From: Cyanophyceae cyanobacterium
Lineage (GTDB): Bacteria; Cyanobacteriota; Cyanobacteriia; Cyanobacteriales; Laspinemataceae
Direction: 5' to 3'
NCBI GenBank assembly: GCA_038321985.1
Contig: JBBQFN010000031.1
Location: 1 to 61,044 of the forward strand
DNA: 61,044 bases
In this document: piece after piece, positions 20,846-30,907 of the stretch
Layout: each line of letters begins with the position of its first letter
How positions within the stretch are numbered: position 1 is the first letter of the stretch
Notes under the pieces: generated by a model
The model's database searches: none
Seen by the model: the letters and a program-made list of their open reading frames with translations, nothing else
Told to the model about the DNA's origin: nothing
Program-made: the position numbers and the translations under genes

Positions 20846-21122
20846 AAGTTTTACCCTCTCAATTACGAGCGATCGTCAATTGGGATTGAACCCCCTCAAT
20901 CCCCGGGTGTTCCCGACTCCATAACCATAGTCTAACGTACAACACCATATCCCCAAAAAGGTTCCCCGGTTGTGGCAGGTAATTCCTAACTTTTTAATCT
21001 AACTTTGAGCAATAAATAAAAGTTTTTACTTATTGCTTTTTAGGGATAATTATACTAAAATAATAACAGATAATCAAAAACCTAATACGAGGAATGACCA
21101 CCTCAAGTCCGTCTCCGCGCCT

Positions 21123-21932
21123 ATGAAAACTGACACAATTTTTTATACGATATTCAAAAAATATCCCACCATCTTCTTTGAATTACTCCATCGTCCGATT
21201 CAAGAAGCCAGTGCCTATGATTTCACCTCCATCGAAGTCAAACAATTGGCTTTTCGGATTGATGGGATATTCATGCCAACAGATGAGGAACCCAACTGAC
21301 CCTTTTACCTCACCGAAGTGCAATTTCAACCCGATGATGAGCTTTACTATCGGATTTTTGTCGAACTCTTTATTTACCTGCGCCAATACAAACCCGCAAA
21401 TCCCTGGCAAGTCGTTATCATTTTCCCCAATCGTCGCATCGAGCCCAAAGACCCGTTACAATTTCAGGAACTGCTAAACTGCGATCGGGTCACCCGCATC
21501 TACCTGGATGAACTCGAACCGGAAGGGGAAAGCACATTAGGCATCGGAGTTGTTAAACTAATCGTAGAACCGGAAACCGCTGCGGTAGAAACAGCCAAAT
21601 GCCTAATCGCCCAAAGCAGAACCGAACTCACCAATCCCAACCACCAACGGGACCTCATCGAACTCATCGAAACCATCATTATTTACAAGCTAACCACCAA
21701 AAGTCGAAAGGAGATAGCCGCCATGTTAGAACTAGGAAGTTGGAAAGACAATCGGTTCTATCAAGAAACCCTTGTCGAAGGTATAGTGAAAGGTAAGATG
21801 GAGGCCAGAATTGAGGCTGTTCAACCTTTAATCCGGCAGGGCTTAAGTTTAGAAGCTATTGCGGAATCGTTAGAGTTGCCATTAGATTTAGTGCGAGAAG
21901 CTGCCGAAGATAGCAATAGTCAGGAGGATTAA
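21123..21932 (+). pseudogene. Rpn family recombination-promoting nuclease / DUF2887 protein with an in-frame stop
   Basis: MKTDTIFY..F...P..FFEL, FTSIEVKQLAFRIDGIF, then TGA at 21297-21299, continuing in the same frame PFYFTEVQFQ...LIELIETIIIYK. Confidence 0.88.
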
Positions 21933-21978
21933 CCCCATTTAATACCGGGAGAGATCCGTAGATTAGAGAGGTTCAATT

Positions 21979-22110
21979 TATAGCATTTTCAGAGTGATTA
22001 CGGTACATTCTGTTGGAGTGTGAGCATCTTGCTCTTTCTTAACATCACCGAGCCAAGATGTGAAGCCTACGGCACGCTTACGTGCTGGCGCACACGCTAT
22101 TGCGTGTGCG
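21979..22110. repeat. Degenerate MITE/REP remnant
   Basis: TATAGCATTTTC start resembles the TAGCAATCC end of the MITE at 51981; GTGTGAGCATCTTGCTC resembles GTGGGAGCATTTTGCTCCC near 60280; internal GCACACGC/GCGTGTGC hairpin. Confidence 0.4.
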
Positions 22111-22153
22111 ATCGCACTCCTTACACCTTTATTCTTTTGACCCTTGAATGATT

Positions 22154-22633
22154 TTAACCTTCCTCAATGACTGCGGAGATTTCCGTTGCCATATTGATTA
22201 AAAATGCAGCCGAATCAGGCTTGCCATTTTCGGTCAACATTTGAGCAATTTGAGCGAGAACTTGGACAAAGCCTCGGTCTACTAAATCAGAATTATTATC
22301 TAAAAGTAGGGCGACATCTTCCCCACGTTCACAGGCTAAGATTCCCTCAATTAGTTTAATGTATGCCTCAGTCCGATCGCTGCGATCGGGGTTCATCATT
22401 TCTGTCGCTTGTCCAAAAACGAGTTTTAATTGTTGGGCTAAATCCCCTAAAAAACTAGCGGCTTCTGTTTCCCCCTCGGTTTCGGCTTTGGCGGCTGCCT
22501 GTTCTAAAATATAGATAAATTCAACATCGACTAAATCTTCATTCTGTCGAAGTATATTTATTTCTTCTCCTTCAGGACAATCTAATAATTTTTGAATGAG
22601 TTGGATATAAGCCCTGATCCGGTTATCAGTCAT
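22154..22633 (-). CDS. Hypothetical protein made of two tandem helical repeats
   Basis: RIRAYIQLIQKLLDCPEGEE..L..NEDLVD and RTEAYIKLIEGILACERGED..L..NSDLVD, each followed by AAxFL. Confidence 0.8.
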   Translation of the reverse strand: MTDNRIRAYIQLIQKLLDCPEGEEINILRQNEDLVDVEFIYILEQAAAKAETEGETEAASFLGDLAQQLKLVFGQATEMMNPDRSDRTEAYIKLIEGILACERGEDVALLLDNNSDLVDRGFVQVLAQIAQMLTENGKPDSAAFLINMATEISAVIEEG

Positions 22634-22735
22634 CGGGTTTTTTTATGATTTTACTTTTCTTATGGTACGTCAAAATTTACCACAACTTGGGGTGGAGGTT
22701 GCGCAGATGGAGGAGAGGCGCGTTTGGATGGGGAA

Positions 22736-22816
22736 TTAACAACTGAAGTCGTTATTAAGAACAAAGAGAACGACTTCAGTCGTTAATACGAACAGAAGAC
22801 GGATAACGACTGAAGG
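22736..22816. repeat. REP-like palindrome cluster downstream of tRNA-Ser
   Basis: Three copies of the AAC(G/A)ACT(GA/TC)AGTCGTT core, the last degenerate. Confidence 0.75.
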
Positions 22817-22837
22817 TTTCTCTTGAGGATTAATCAA

Positions 22838-22924
22838 CGGAGAGGGGGAGATTCGAACTCCCGGAACCCTTGCGGATTCATCTGATTTCAAGTCAGACGC
22901 AATCGACCACTCTGCCACCTCTCC
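22838..22924 (-). tRNA. trnS: tRNA-Ser(UGA)
   Basis: Minus strand GGAGAGGTGGCAGAGTGGTCGATTGCGTCTGACTTGAAATCAGATGAATCCGCAAGGGTTCCGGGAGTTCGAATCTCCCCCTCTCCG; TGA anticodon, long variable arm, no encoded CCA. Confidence 0.97.
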
Positions 22925-22999
22925 AGTGCGGCTCTGTTTTATCTTAACCTGAGTTGTCTGGAATTGAAACAGTCAATTTGGGAAAATATGCGATCGCCC

Positions 23000-23932
23000 C
23001 TAGGCTAGGGTGGCAACAGATTCCGGATGTTGTTGATACAGCACTTCTTCCGATGCGACTGCGAAATTTTGATCCACCCAAACCAGGGAGGCGCGAGTAA
23101 CCGTGTTTCCTTGTAATTGAACGAGGGAGAAGTTGCGTAATTGGCCCATTTCTGTGGGGACAATCCGGGGGACGCGGGCTGCATTCAGGTAAACAGTGCC
23201 ATCGTTGGTAGTATGCAGGGATTTCCGCAACTGGGTTTTAGTGTGGCGGAGGCGGTGGTGCATATGTCCGAAGGTGACAAGGGGGATGGTTTTGCCCATT
23301 TTCCGGGTTTGGGCGATCGCCTCAGCAAAATCTGGGTCCCCAAAGTCGCCTCCCAGGGGTTTCCAGTCTTTGCCACAGGGGTCTTCCGGGCGATCGCCTA
23401 ATCCTTTAGGTCCATTGTGGCCTAGAAAAATGATCGTATCGAAGCTGGCACGTTTAACGGCTGTCATAATGCGATCGGTAGACTCCACAAAACTGCTAAC
23501 ATCGCAGCGATCGCTATAAAAATCTGCATATTTCCATTCCGACCCTCCCCAGCTAAAGGGACGGGACCCCACCACCGTGAAGCCAAACTGAGGAAAATCT
23601 AACTTGCCATACCCGACATGAGTCTCACCGAGGATATCCAGTTGGGACTGCACCCAATCCTCACTTCGGCGATTGTAAGGGCAGGTTTTGCGACCCCAGT
23701 CCGTCGCCGTGAACCAAGCGTCATGGTTTCCAAACGTCACCGCTTTGGGAATGTCCAAGGCGGCGATCGCCCGGACAATCGGCACTGACTCGTTCCCAAA
23801 ATCGCCCACAAACAGCACTAAATCAACCCCTAAGCGCATCAGCGCTTCGCCATCGGCGGCTTCCCATTGTTCGTGAACGTCCCCAACAATGGCAATTTTA
23901 ATCTGACTTTTCTGATGATTGTGTCCGAACAT
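23000..23932 (-). CDS. TIGR04168 family metallophosphoesterase (DevT-like)
   Basis: IAIVGDVH, LFVGDFGNE, GNHDAW, GHNGP, FGHMHH metallophosphoesterase motifs. Confidence 0.85.
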   Translation of the reverse strand: MFGHNHQKSQIKIAIVGDVHEQWEAADGEALMRLGVDLVLFVGDFGNESVPIVRAIAALDIPKAVTFGNHDAWFTATDWGRKTCPYNRRSEDWVQSQLDILGETHVGYGKLDFPQFGFTVVGSRPFSWGGSEWKYADFYSDRCDVSSFVESTDRIMTAVKRASFDTIIFLGHNGPKGLGDRPEDPCGKDWKPLGGDFGDPDFAEAIAQTRKMGKTIPLVTFGHMHHRLRHTKTQLRKSLHTTNDGTVYLNAARVPRIVPTEMGQLRNFSLVQLQGNTVTRASLVWVDQNFAVASEEVLYQQHPESVATLA

Positions 23933-24122
23933 CCCTATTTCTCTCGCTGCTCTTTATCTAGGATAGGCAATAGAGCGCCCGAATGCGAAGAAACTCCAGA
24001 AAACCCACCGAGTCCTTTAGCCAAATTCTGGAGAGTCTAGGACCCTGGTTCCTCTTTTTGGTAAAAAACACTATAATTAGGAATAACACCCTAAAGAACT
24101 GCTAGTTCACCCCCTGAAAATT

Positions 24123-25097
24123 GTGTTTACTGCTACTTTATCCCCCCCTGATTCTGCCCAAACTTCCGCGATCCCTGACGATTTATTTGAAGCGATTGAA
24201 CTCCTGAAACGGGAACTCAATGCAGTTATCCTCGCCCACTACTACCAAGAACCCGACATTCAGGATATCGCTGACTATATCGGCGATTCCTTAGAACTGG
24301 CGCGAAAAGCAGCCAATACCGACGCCGATGTAATAGTCTTTGCCGGAGTTCACTTCATGGCAGAAACGGCCAAAATCCTCAATCCCAATAAACTTGTCCT
24401 ACTTCCCGACTTGGATGCCGGTTGTTCTCTGGCCGATAGTTGTCCTCCCGATGCCTTTGGGGAATTTAAAGCCGCTCATCCGGATCATATAGTCATCTCT
24501 TACATTAACTGCTCAGCGGCTATTAAAGCCATGAGCGACATTATCTGTACCAGTTCTAATGCTGTCAAACTGGTGCGCCAAATTCCCGAAAATCAGCCGA
24601 TTATTTTTGCCCCCGATCGCAACTTAGGCCGGTATGTAATGGAGCAAACGGGCCGAGATATGGTCTTGTGGCAAGGAAGTTGTATGGTGCATGAAACCTT
24701 TTCGGAAAAGAAAATTGTTCAGCTTAAAATTCAACATCCCGAAGCAGAAATTATTGCTCATCCCGAGTGTGAGCCTCCGGTGTTGCGCCATGCTAATTAT
24801 ATTGGCTCAACCAGTGCCCTATTAAACTATGTTCAAAATAGTGACAGCACTGTGTTTATTGTTGCCACGGAACCGGGAATCATCCATCAAATGCAAAAGC
24901 AGGCGGGAGATAAACGGTTTATTCCAGCACCCCCAATGAATAGTTGTGCTTGTAATGAATGCCCTCATATGAGGCTGAATACCTTAGAAAAATTATATCT
25001 TGCCATGAAAAATCGCGCTCCTGAAATTACCTTACCGGAGGAAACGCGAATGGCAGCATTGCGTCCAATTCAGCGGATGCTAGAAATGAGCGCTTAA
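24123..25097 (+). CDS. nadA: Quinolinate synthase A
   Basis: [45 protein letters not shown]. Confidence 0.97.
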   Translation: MFTATLSPPDSAQTSAIPDDLFEAIELLKRELNAVILAHYYQEPDIQDIADYIGDSLELARKAANTDADVIVFAGVHFMAETAKILNPNKLVLLPDLDAGCSLADSCPPDAFGEFKAAHPDHIVISYINCSAAIKAMSDIICTSSNAVKLVRQIPENQPIIFAPDRNLGRYVMEQTGRDMVLWQGSCMVHETFSEKKIVQLKIQHPEAEIIAHPECEPPVLRHANYIGSTSALLNYVQNSDSTVFIVATEPGIIHQMQKQAGDKRFIPAPPMNSCACNECPHMRLNTLEKLYLAMKNRAPEITLPEETRMAALRPIQRMLEMSA

Positions 25098-25129
25098 TTC
25101 AGGTAAATCTCGCTGTTGGCGATTGTTTT

Positions 25130-25269
25130 TAGTAACGACTGAAGTCGTTATCCGAAAGAGGACTGAAGTCGTCACTACGAACAAAGACACAGGAGAGGAC
25201 TGAAGTCGTTACTACGAACAAAGACACAGGAGTTGATCCAATTGTTTGTAGTAACGACTTCAGTCGTTT
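25130..25269. repeat. REP-like palindrome cluster containing a 37-bp tandem duplication
   Basis: Four cores; GAGGACTGAAGTCGT(C/T)ACTACGAACAAAGACACAGGA at 25158-25194 and 25195-25231; inverted copy TTTGTAGTAACGACTTCAGTCGTT at the right end. Confidence 0.85.
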
Positions 25270-25313
25270 TGCTATTCTTGGAATAACTAGGTTAATGAAT
25301 ATCTAACTTGATA

Positions 25314-25799
25314 TTAATTTTCCAGAAAAGCTTGAAGTTGGTTAGATAGTTTCTCGACGATTCCTTCGTCATTCTGTAAACTCTTTTCCGCTTCAGCTTC
25401 GATACGCTGGACTACATCCCCGGGTAAATTTAGGAGGCTGACAAGTTTTTGGTAGGCTTGAGCTTCTTCGGCATTGATTTTGGCTTCATCAGGGGTACGA
25501 GAACTAGAGGCGATGACTTCATAGCCGAGTTGTAGGACCAGTTCTCGTTCGGGTTGGGTTGCAAGTTTGGGGATTAATTCTTCAAGCGGGATGTTTTGCA
25601 TCATGTAGTCCCGCAGTTCTTCTTTGACGTTGTTTTGTTGTTCGCTACTGCCCGCAAATAAGCGACTAAAGCGATCGAGCATGATATCGACTTCTTCGGC
25701 TGCGAGTTCGCCGTCAGCCCACGCCATCGCAGTTACAACGCGTAACAGGTTCATCTGACGTGGGGTGATGGAAGGTGGGGGTGGGGGTTGAATTGCCAT
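25314..25799 (-). CDS. TerB family (tellurite-resistance-like) protein
   Basis: AMAWADGELAAEE motif, helical composition. Confidence 0.8.
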   Translation of the reverse strand: MAIQPPPPPSITPRQMNLLRVVTAMAWADGELAAEEVDIMLDRFSRLFAGSSEQQNNVKEELRDYMMQNIPLEELIPKLATQPERELVLQLGYEVIASSSRTPDEAKINAEEAQAYQKLVSLLNLPGDVVQRIEAEAEKSLQNDEGIVEKLSNQLQAFLEN

Positions 25800-25905
25800 T
25801 GTTCTTTCCTCAAAAGATGGGGAGGGTGTGGCAAAACTTTATCATGCGATCGCCGGGTTAGGCTTCTATCGTAAGGTTATCTTAGGAAATGGGTTGACTA
25901 ACACA

Positions 25906-25971
25906 GACGACTGAAGTCATCACTCCTAACAAAAACACAGGACTGGGGGTTATTGTTTGTAGTAACGACTT
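25906..25971. repeat. Degenerate REP-like doublet
   Basis: GACGACTGAAGTCATCACTCCTAACAAAAACACAGGA and inverted TTGTTTGTAGTAACGACTT. Confidence 0.65.
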
Positions 25972-25997
25972 GCTGTGGTTATCCCCTCTTCACCAAT

Positions 25998-27791
25998 TTA
26001 TCCTTTAAGTTGAGTCACCGAACTACCCAACCAGCCTTTTAGGTTGTTTTGTTGAGTCGCGGTGGGATTCTGAATGGGGATGATATTATAGGCAGTGGGA
26101 CGGGGTTCGGCAAGGACTACTTCGCAGGTTCTGAGTTGTTCTTGGTGAAAGACGGTAATTTCGATTTTTGCGCCAGGTGGATAGTCTTTGAGGCGATCGC
26201 CTAAATCTTCAGCGGTGACGCGCATCCCATCAATCGCCAGTAACTCATCATCGGCATCTATTCCCGCCCGTTGTGCCGGTGAACCCATTTCTACAAATTT
26301 AATCGCCGTTTTACCATTTTCTGTCTTAACAGTCAAGCCTAAAAAGGGCGCAGCATCGCTATTTTCAACGGGTTGAATTTTTAATCCAAAGGGTTGGAGA
26401 TATTCGTCAAAGGGTAATTCGCTAGTCCCGTAGATATATTGGTTAAAGAAGTGGGTTAAATCTTCCTGCGTCACAGATTCAATAATCTCTTTGAGATCGG
26501 TGTCGGTGAAGCCAATTTCTGCCGAACCAAACCGCTGCCACATTTGCTGCATCACCTGATCTAGCGATCGCTCGTTAGCGGAATTCGCCCGAATCCGTAA
26601 ATCTAATAACAGCGAGACTAATTGCCCTTTTAGGTAATAGGAAATTTGGGAATTATCGCTATTCACATCCCGGCGATAGAGTTTGATCCAGGCATCCCAG
26701 CTGGATTCGCTCACAGGCTGATAGCGTCGGCCTGGAAGGGTTTGCAAGCGGGTAATATCTTTACTTAATCCTTGTAAGGCAATTTTAGCCTCATAAAGCC
26801 CCGCCCGCAAGGGAAGTAAAATATCATAATAACTGGTGGTTCCTTCACAAAACCATAGGGCTGTGGTGTAAGTTTCTCCTTCGTAGTTAAACACCTCTAA
26901 GGGTTTGGGACGAATCCGTTTTACATTCCATAAGTGGAAGAATTCGTGGGCGACTAATTGGATAAAGCGGTTGTATTTTTCAGGATTTCTAAATCCAAAG
27001 CGGGGATAGTTAAGGGAACAGCTATTTTTGTGTTCCAATCCGCCATACCCTTGGGAGGACAGATGGAGAATAAACAAGTAGCGATCGTAAGGCAATCCTC
27101 CAAATAGCTGACTTTCGGCTTGAATGATTTTTTCAATATCAGAAATAATTCGTTCGGCTTGGATATTACCCTGTCCCCAAATTGCTAATTCATGGGGTTT
27201 ATTTTCTACTTCAAAATAATAGGATTGGTGAGTGCCAATTTCAAAAGGGCTATCCACCAAGGTATCGAAATCTGGGGCAGTAAAGGTGTGGGGACGTCCT
27301 GACTGCGTGGGTAGTGAAGTGCTGACCCGCCATTCGGGTTTCGGGGGGATAATCTGAATGGTGATCGGGCTTTTTTCAAACCCCGGGAGATAGAAAAAGA
27401 GGGCAGCACCGTTAAAATAGCCATGAGTGCAGTCTAGGTGATTCGTTCGCACCGAGAGTTCATTGGCATAGATGCGATAGCGAATGGTAATGTCTGAGGT
27501 TCCAGGGGTGTCGATTTGCCAGTGATTTTTGCTGAGTTTGCGCCAGGTTAGGGAGATCTCGTCGGAGTTTTCGGCGGAGAATTCTTGAAGATGTTTCGCA
27601 TACTCCCGCACTAAATAGGAACCCGGAGTCCACACCGGCATTTTTAAATCTAGGACGGATGCTCGCCATCCCCGCACTTGCAACATCACGTCAAACAAAT
27701 GGGATTCTGGCTCGTGCATTGCCACCTGATAGTAAACATCCGGTGCGATTCGGGGCATCGTACTGGGTGGAATTGTCCTTGCTTCAGTCAT
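25998..27791 (-). CDS. M61 family metallopeptidase with C-terminal PDZ domain
   Basis: MPVWTPGSYLVRE, GGLEH, VAHEFFHLWNVKRIRP, WFCEGTTSYY, PDZ (GSPAQRAGI..DELLAIDG). ATG at 27791 chosen. Confidence 0.93.
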   Translation of the reverse strand: MTEARTIPPSTMPRIAPDVYYQVAMHEPESHLFDVMLQVRGWRASVLDLKMPVWTPGSYLVREYAKHLQEFSAENSDEISLTWRKLSKNHWQIDTPGTSDITIRYRIYANELSVRTNHLDCTHGYFNGAALFFYLPGFEKSPITIQIIPPKPEWRVSTSLPTQSGRPHTFTAPDFDTLVDSPFEIGTHQSYYFEVENKPHELAIWGQGNIQAERIISDIEKIIQAESQLFGGLPYDRYLFILHLSSQGYGGLEHKNSCSLNYPRFGFRNPEKYNRFIQLVAHEFFHLWNVKRIRPKPLEVFNYEGETYTTALWFCEGTTSYYDILLPLRAGLYEAKIALQGLSKDITRLQTLPGRRYQPVSESSWDAWIKLYRRDVNSDNSQISYYLKGQLVSLLLDLRIRANSANERSLDQVMQQMWQRFGSAEIGFTDTDLKEIIESVTQEDLTHFFNQYIYGTSELPFDEYLQPFGLKIQPVENSDAAPFLGLTVKTENGKTAIKFVEMGSPAQRAGIDADDELLAIDGMRVTAEDLGDRLKDYPPGAKIEITVFHQEQLRTCEVVLAEPRPTAYNIIPIQNPTATQQNNLKGWLGSSVTQLKG

Positions 27792-27965
27792 CGGTTCTTT
27801 TACGGTAGGGTGAGCGGCTAATCGGAATGGGGCTAGAGGCACTGTTTTAGACTATTAATTCTCTACGTTTGATGGTACGAGAGGGATTTTTTCCTGCTCG
27901 ATCGCCTATCTCCTTCCCTACGGTTTCAAGTGCCTCCAAACCTCAAATTTTTATGGAAAATTGAA

Positions 27966-28649
27966 TCAAATATGGCCTGCTAAATGGGTCAATTGTTTGA
28001 TGTTAATCAAATACAGAGATTCAGCGGATTCGTCAATTTTAATCCAGCCTTTAGCGTTTAGTTTTTCCATGATTTTGCTGGTTTCTTCGACGCCAATATC
28101 GGTTACGTCCGCCAAGTCTTTATAGGGAATGTTGTAGATTTCTGTCCCTTTCTCAGTTGACTGTCCGTAGTTTTCCGCCAGAGAAACTAATGTATTTGCG
28201 AGTTTGACCGCAGGGGGACGGTTCCGCAACTGAAACCGCAGATTGGTCTGTCGCAGTCGTCGGACCATGAGTTGTAGCATCCGATGATGGAGTTGAGCGT
28301 CTTTAAACAGGGTTTGGATAAACCGCTGTGCGGAAACGCTGAGGAGTTGTACGGTTGAAAGCGCAATCACGTCGGTGGAACGGGGCGATTCGTCCAGAAT
28401 TGCCATTTCTCCAAAGAAATCACCTCGACCGAGAATGGCGAGGGTTACTACGTTGTCTCCATATAGGCGTCGGACTTTGACCCAGCCGGTGACGATAAAG
28501 TAAACGGCATTGCCCCAGGCATCTTCCATTAAGACTGCTCTGCCTGATGGATACTCGTGCTCAACCGCAACGGACAAAAGCCATTCCAGAGTTTCTGGAT
28601 TGGCGGCACTAAATAGCGGGAAAAGCTCACTAAAGGCTTCGGTCTGCAT
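27966..28649 (-). CDS. Crp/Fnr family transcriptional regulator
   Basis: cNMP-binding GDFFGEMAILDESPRS and C-terminal HTH. Confidence 0.92.
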   Translation of the reverse strand: MQTEAFSELFPLFSAANPETLEWLLSVAVEHEYPSGRAVLMEDAWGNAVYFIVTGWVKVRRLYGDNVVTLAILGRGDFFGEMAILDESPRSTDVIALSTVQLLSVSAQRFIQTLFKDAQLHHRMLQLMVRRLRQTNLRFQLRNRPPAVKLANTLVSLAENYGQSTEKGTEIYNIPYKDLADVTDIGVEETSKIMEKLNAKGWIKIDESAESLYLINIKQLTHLAGHI

Positions 28650-29721
28650 GAAAGATATTTAAGGTAGGGAATGAGTATGGGTAATAGAGGAGAGTCGAGA
28701 ATTTGAGGTTGTTAAAACAGGCAACCGGAAGCGTATTTTCCAGGGCTGACCCTTGAGGGCAATCCGCTGTAGGAATGCTAATTTGGGGTGCGTCTTCTGA
28801 ATTGAACAGGCTTCTTTGTTCCTCTCTATAACAATGACTACAAAAAAGACCCTCCGATGGGAGTGTCTGGCTCCTGGGAATGGATACTCTACCGATTGTA
28901 CCTGTCATCTGACGATTTGACAGCAATCCCGTCAAAGCGGGAAGGGCGATCGCCTGCGAGTTTTTGGGGAGTAGACCCCGTTGTTGCCCGATGAGTCGGG
29001 TTTGTTTGACTCTGGACTAAAATCCATGAAGGAACTCAGGCGCAGTCCAACTCCGAGGGCTTCGGTTATTATCTGACTTAGGGTTCTATTTTCTCATGTT
29101 TGGGGCGGCTTTGCAGGTTGGAAACAGATTTGCGATCGCTCTCCCATCCGACTCTAGGATCCACCGAGGGCTTTGCTTCCGTCAGGGTGATGCCCTAGAA
29201 AATTCCGGCCCCTTCAGCTTCCGCTCATTCTGGCAATAGGTAGGATCCAGGAGTGAGAGGCTGTAGCTCCCCTCCAGCAGTAGGGAGCCAGATACTCCCC
29301 CTTCCGAAAGAATTTCCCCCTTTATTTAAGCGCTCTATCTACTTCTTAATCTGACGGGTTAATTCTAAATTAAAGTAAAAATTTATCGTTATAAACTCGC
29401 TTTTTAATTTTATTTTAAAATTAATTTTCTATCCTCTGTCCAAAGATATAAATTATTAAGCTACCCTTCTTTTCGATAAAATTTTAGGTATTCGGGTTAT
29501 CCGGCTTTACTTTTTATTCTATTTAATAAGTTAGAGTGACCTAAGTTCAAATTCATCCCTTTGGTAGAAACTGAAGGATAAATCAGCCGCTAACCTAGAT
29601 ACTTATGGTGAGGCAAATTAACCAAAGGGTTTAAACCTAGAGGTAAAATCCGAAGAAATTTAAAGACAAATTAAGAAATTGCCCTCCTCCTAAAGAAGTA
29701 GAAGTCACCAAAGGAAATCAA

Positions 29722-30699
29722 ATGTTTTATCACGTCAAAGAATTACAATTTAATGCGCGGGTTTCAAAACCCGATCCGCGCTTTGCCACCTTACTGCTAG
29801 AGCAGTTTGGGGGTCCTAACGGAGAACTCGCAGCAGCAATGCAGTATTTTGTCCAGGCTTTTTCGGCGCGTCAGGCGTACCCGGACAAATACGATATGTT
29901 GATGGATATTGCCACGGAAGAATTTAGCCATTTGGAGATTGTCGGGGCATTGGTTACCATGCTGTTGGAGGGAATCAATGGCGACCTCAAAAATGCTGCG
30001 GAAAACAGCGAAATCATGCAATTTTTAGGGGGAAATAAAGCGGGACGAGAAGACCTGATTCATCAAATTTCGATGACGGGACCGCAATTATTAGCCGTGT
30101 CTGCCGGGGGTCCAACCGTAACCAACAGCCAAGGTGTGCCTTGGTCTGGAACCTACGTTAATGCGAATGGGGATTTAACCGTTGACCTACGCTCGGATAT
30201 TGCAGCAGAGTCCCGAGCGAAAATCGTCTATGAATATTTGCTCCAATTTACTGATGATCCGGACGTGAAGGATACCTTGCGCTTCCTAATGACGCGGGAA
30301 GTTTCTCATTACAAAATGTTCGCCGCTGCCCTGGAAACCATCGAGCCGAACTTCCCACCCGGAGTGATGCAAGCTGACCCGCGCTACAGTCACTTGTACT
30401 TCAATATGTCCAATGGGACCAGCGCTCGCGGTCCTTGGAATGAAGGTCAAGGACCCTGGCCTGCGGGGGAAAATTGGGTGTATGTGGAGGATCCTCTGGA
30501 TTATGTGGTCCAGAGTGAAGGAATGACCCGCAATCAGACCAGTGAAGGAACCAAGCTGACGGAAGAACAGGCATTCCAGAAGGAACGGGAACTGAGCGTG
30601 AAGCGTTCTACGGAAGTTAAGTCAGCCACAGGGCCGGGACCCAATCAGTGGTCTTCTTACCCGCAAATGGATCTAAGCAGTCCGAACCGGGTTAAATAA
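29722..30699 (+). CDS. Manganese catalase family protein
   Basis: EQFGGPNGELAAAMQY, DIATEEFSHLE, DIAAESRAK, LMTREVSH di-metal ligand motifs. Confidence 0.93.
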   Translation: MFYHVKELQFNARVSKPDPRFATLLLEQFGGPNGELAAAMQYFVQAFSARQAYPDKYDMLMDIATEEFSHLEIVGALVTMLLEGINGDLKNAAENSEIMQFLGGNKAGREDLIHQISMTGPQLLAVSAGGPTVTNSQGVPWSGTYVNANGDLTVDLRSDIAAESRAKIVYEYLLQFTDDPDVKDTLRFLMTREVSHYKMFAAALETIEPNFPPGVMQADPRYSHLYFNMSNGTSARGPWNEGQGPWPAGENWVYVEDPLDYVVQSEGMTRNQTSEGTKLTEEQAFQKERELSVKRSTEVKSATGPGPNQWSSYPQMDLSSPNRVK

Positions 30700-30907
30700 C
30701 TTGGGGGTAGGAGCGATTAATAGCGATCGCTCCTTATCCCTAGTTTGATCCCGAGCAGATTCCCCTTTCCCCCAAAGAAAGGGGAATTCTCATGGTTTTA
30801 GACTCAACACGATACGGGCTAACTAGGCGATCGCCTTGAGCAGAAATTATCAAAATCCCGATCGCCACCCTCACTTCAACCCCTCTCTATAATAAAGGTC
30901 ATTAATC

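Noticed and set aside
21297..21299. Selenocysteine or programmed readthrough at the in-frame TGA
   Set aside because: No evident SECIS-like stem, and the position is not a Cys site in this family; a nonsense mutation is simpler.
21033..22924. tRNA-anchored genomic island
   Set aside because: No integrase and no duplicate of the tRNA 3' end seen.
25130..25269. Possible mini CRISPR array (37-bp repeats)
   Set aside because: Repeats are directly adjacent with no unique spacers, occur in both orientations, and belong to the dispersed REP-like family; no cas genes.
28630..28935. 101-aa ORF upstream of the Crp gene
   Set aside because: Overlaps the crp start, TTG start, atypical composition; likely leader sequence.
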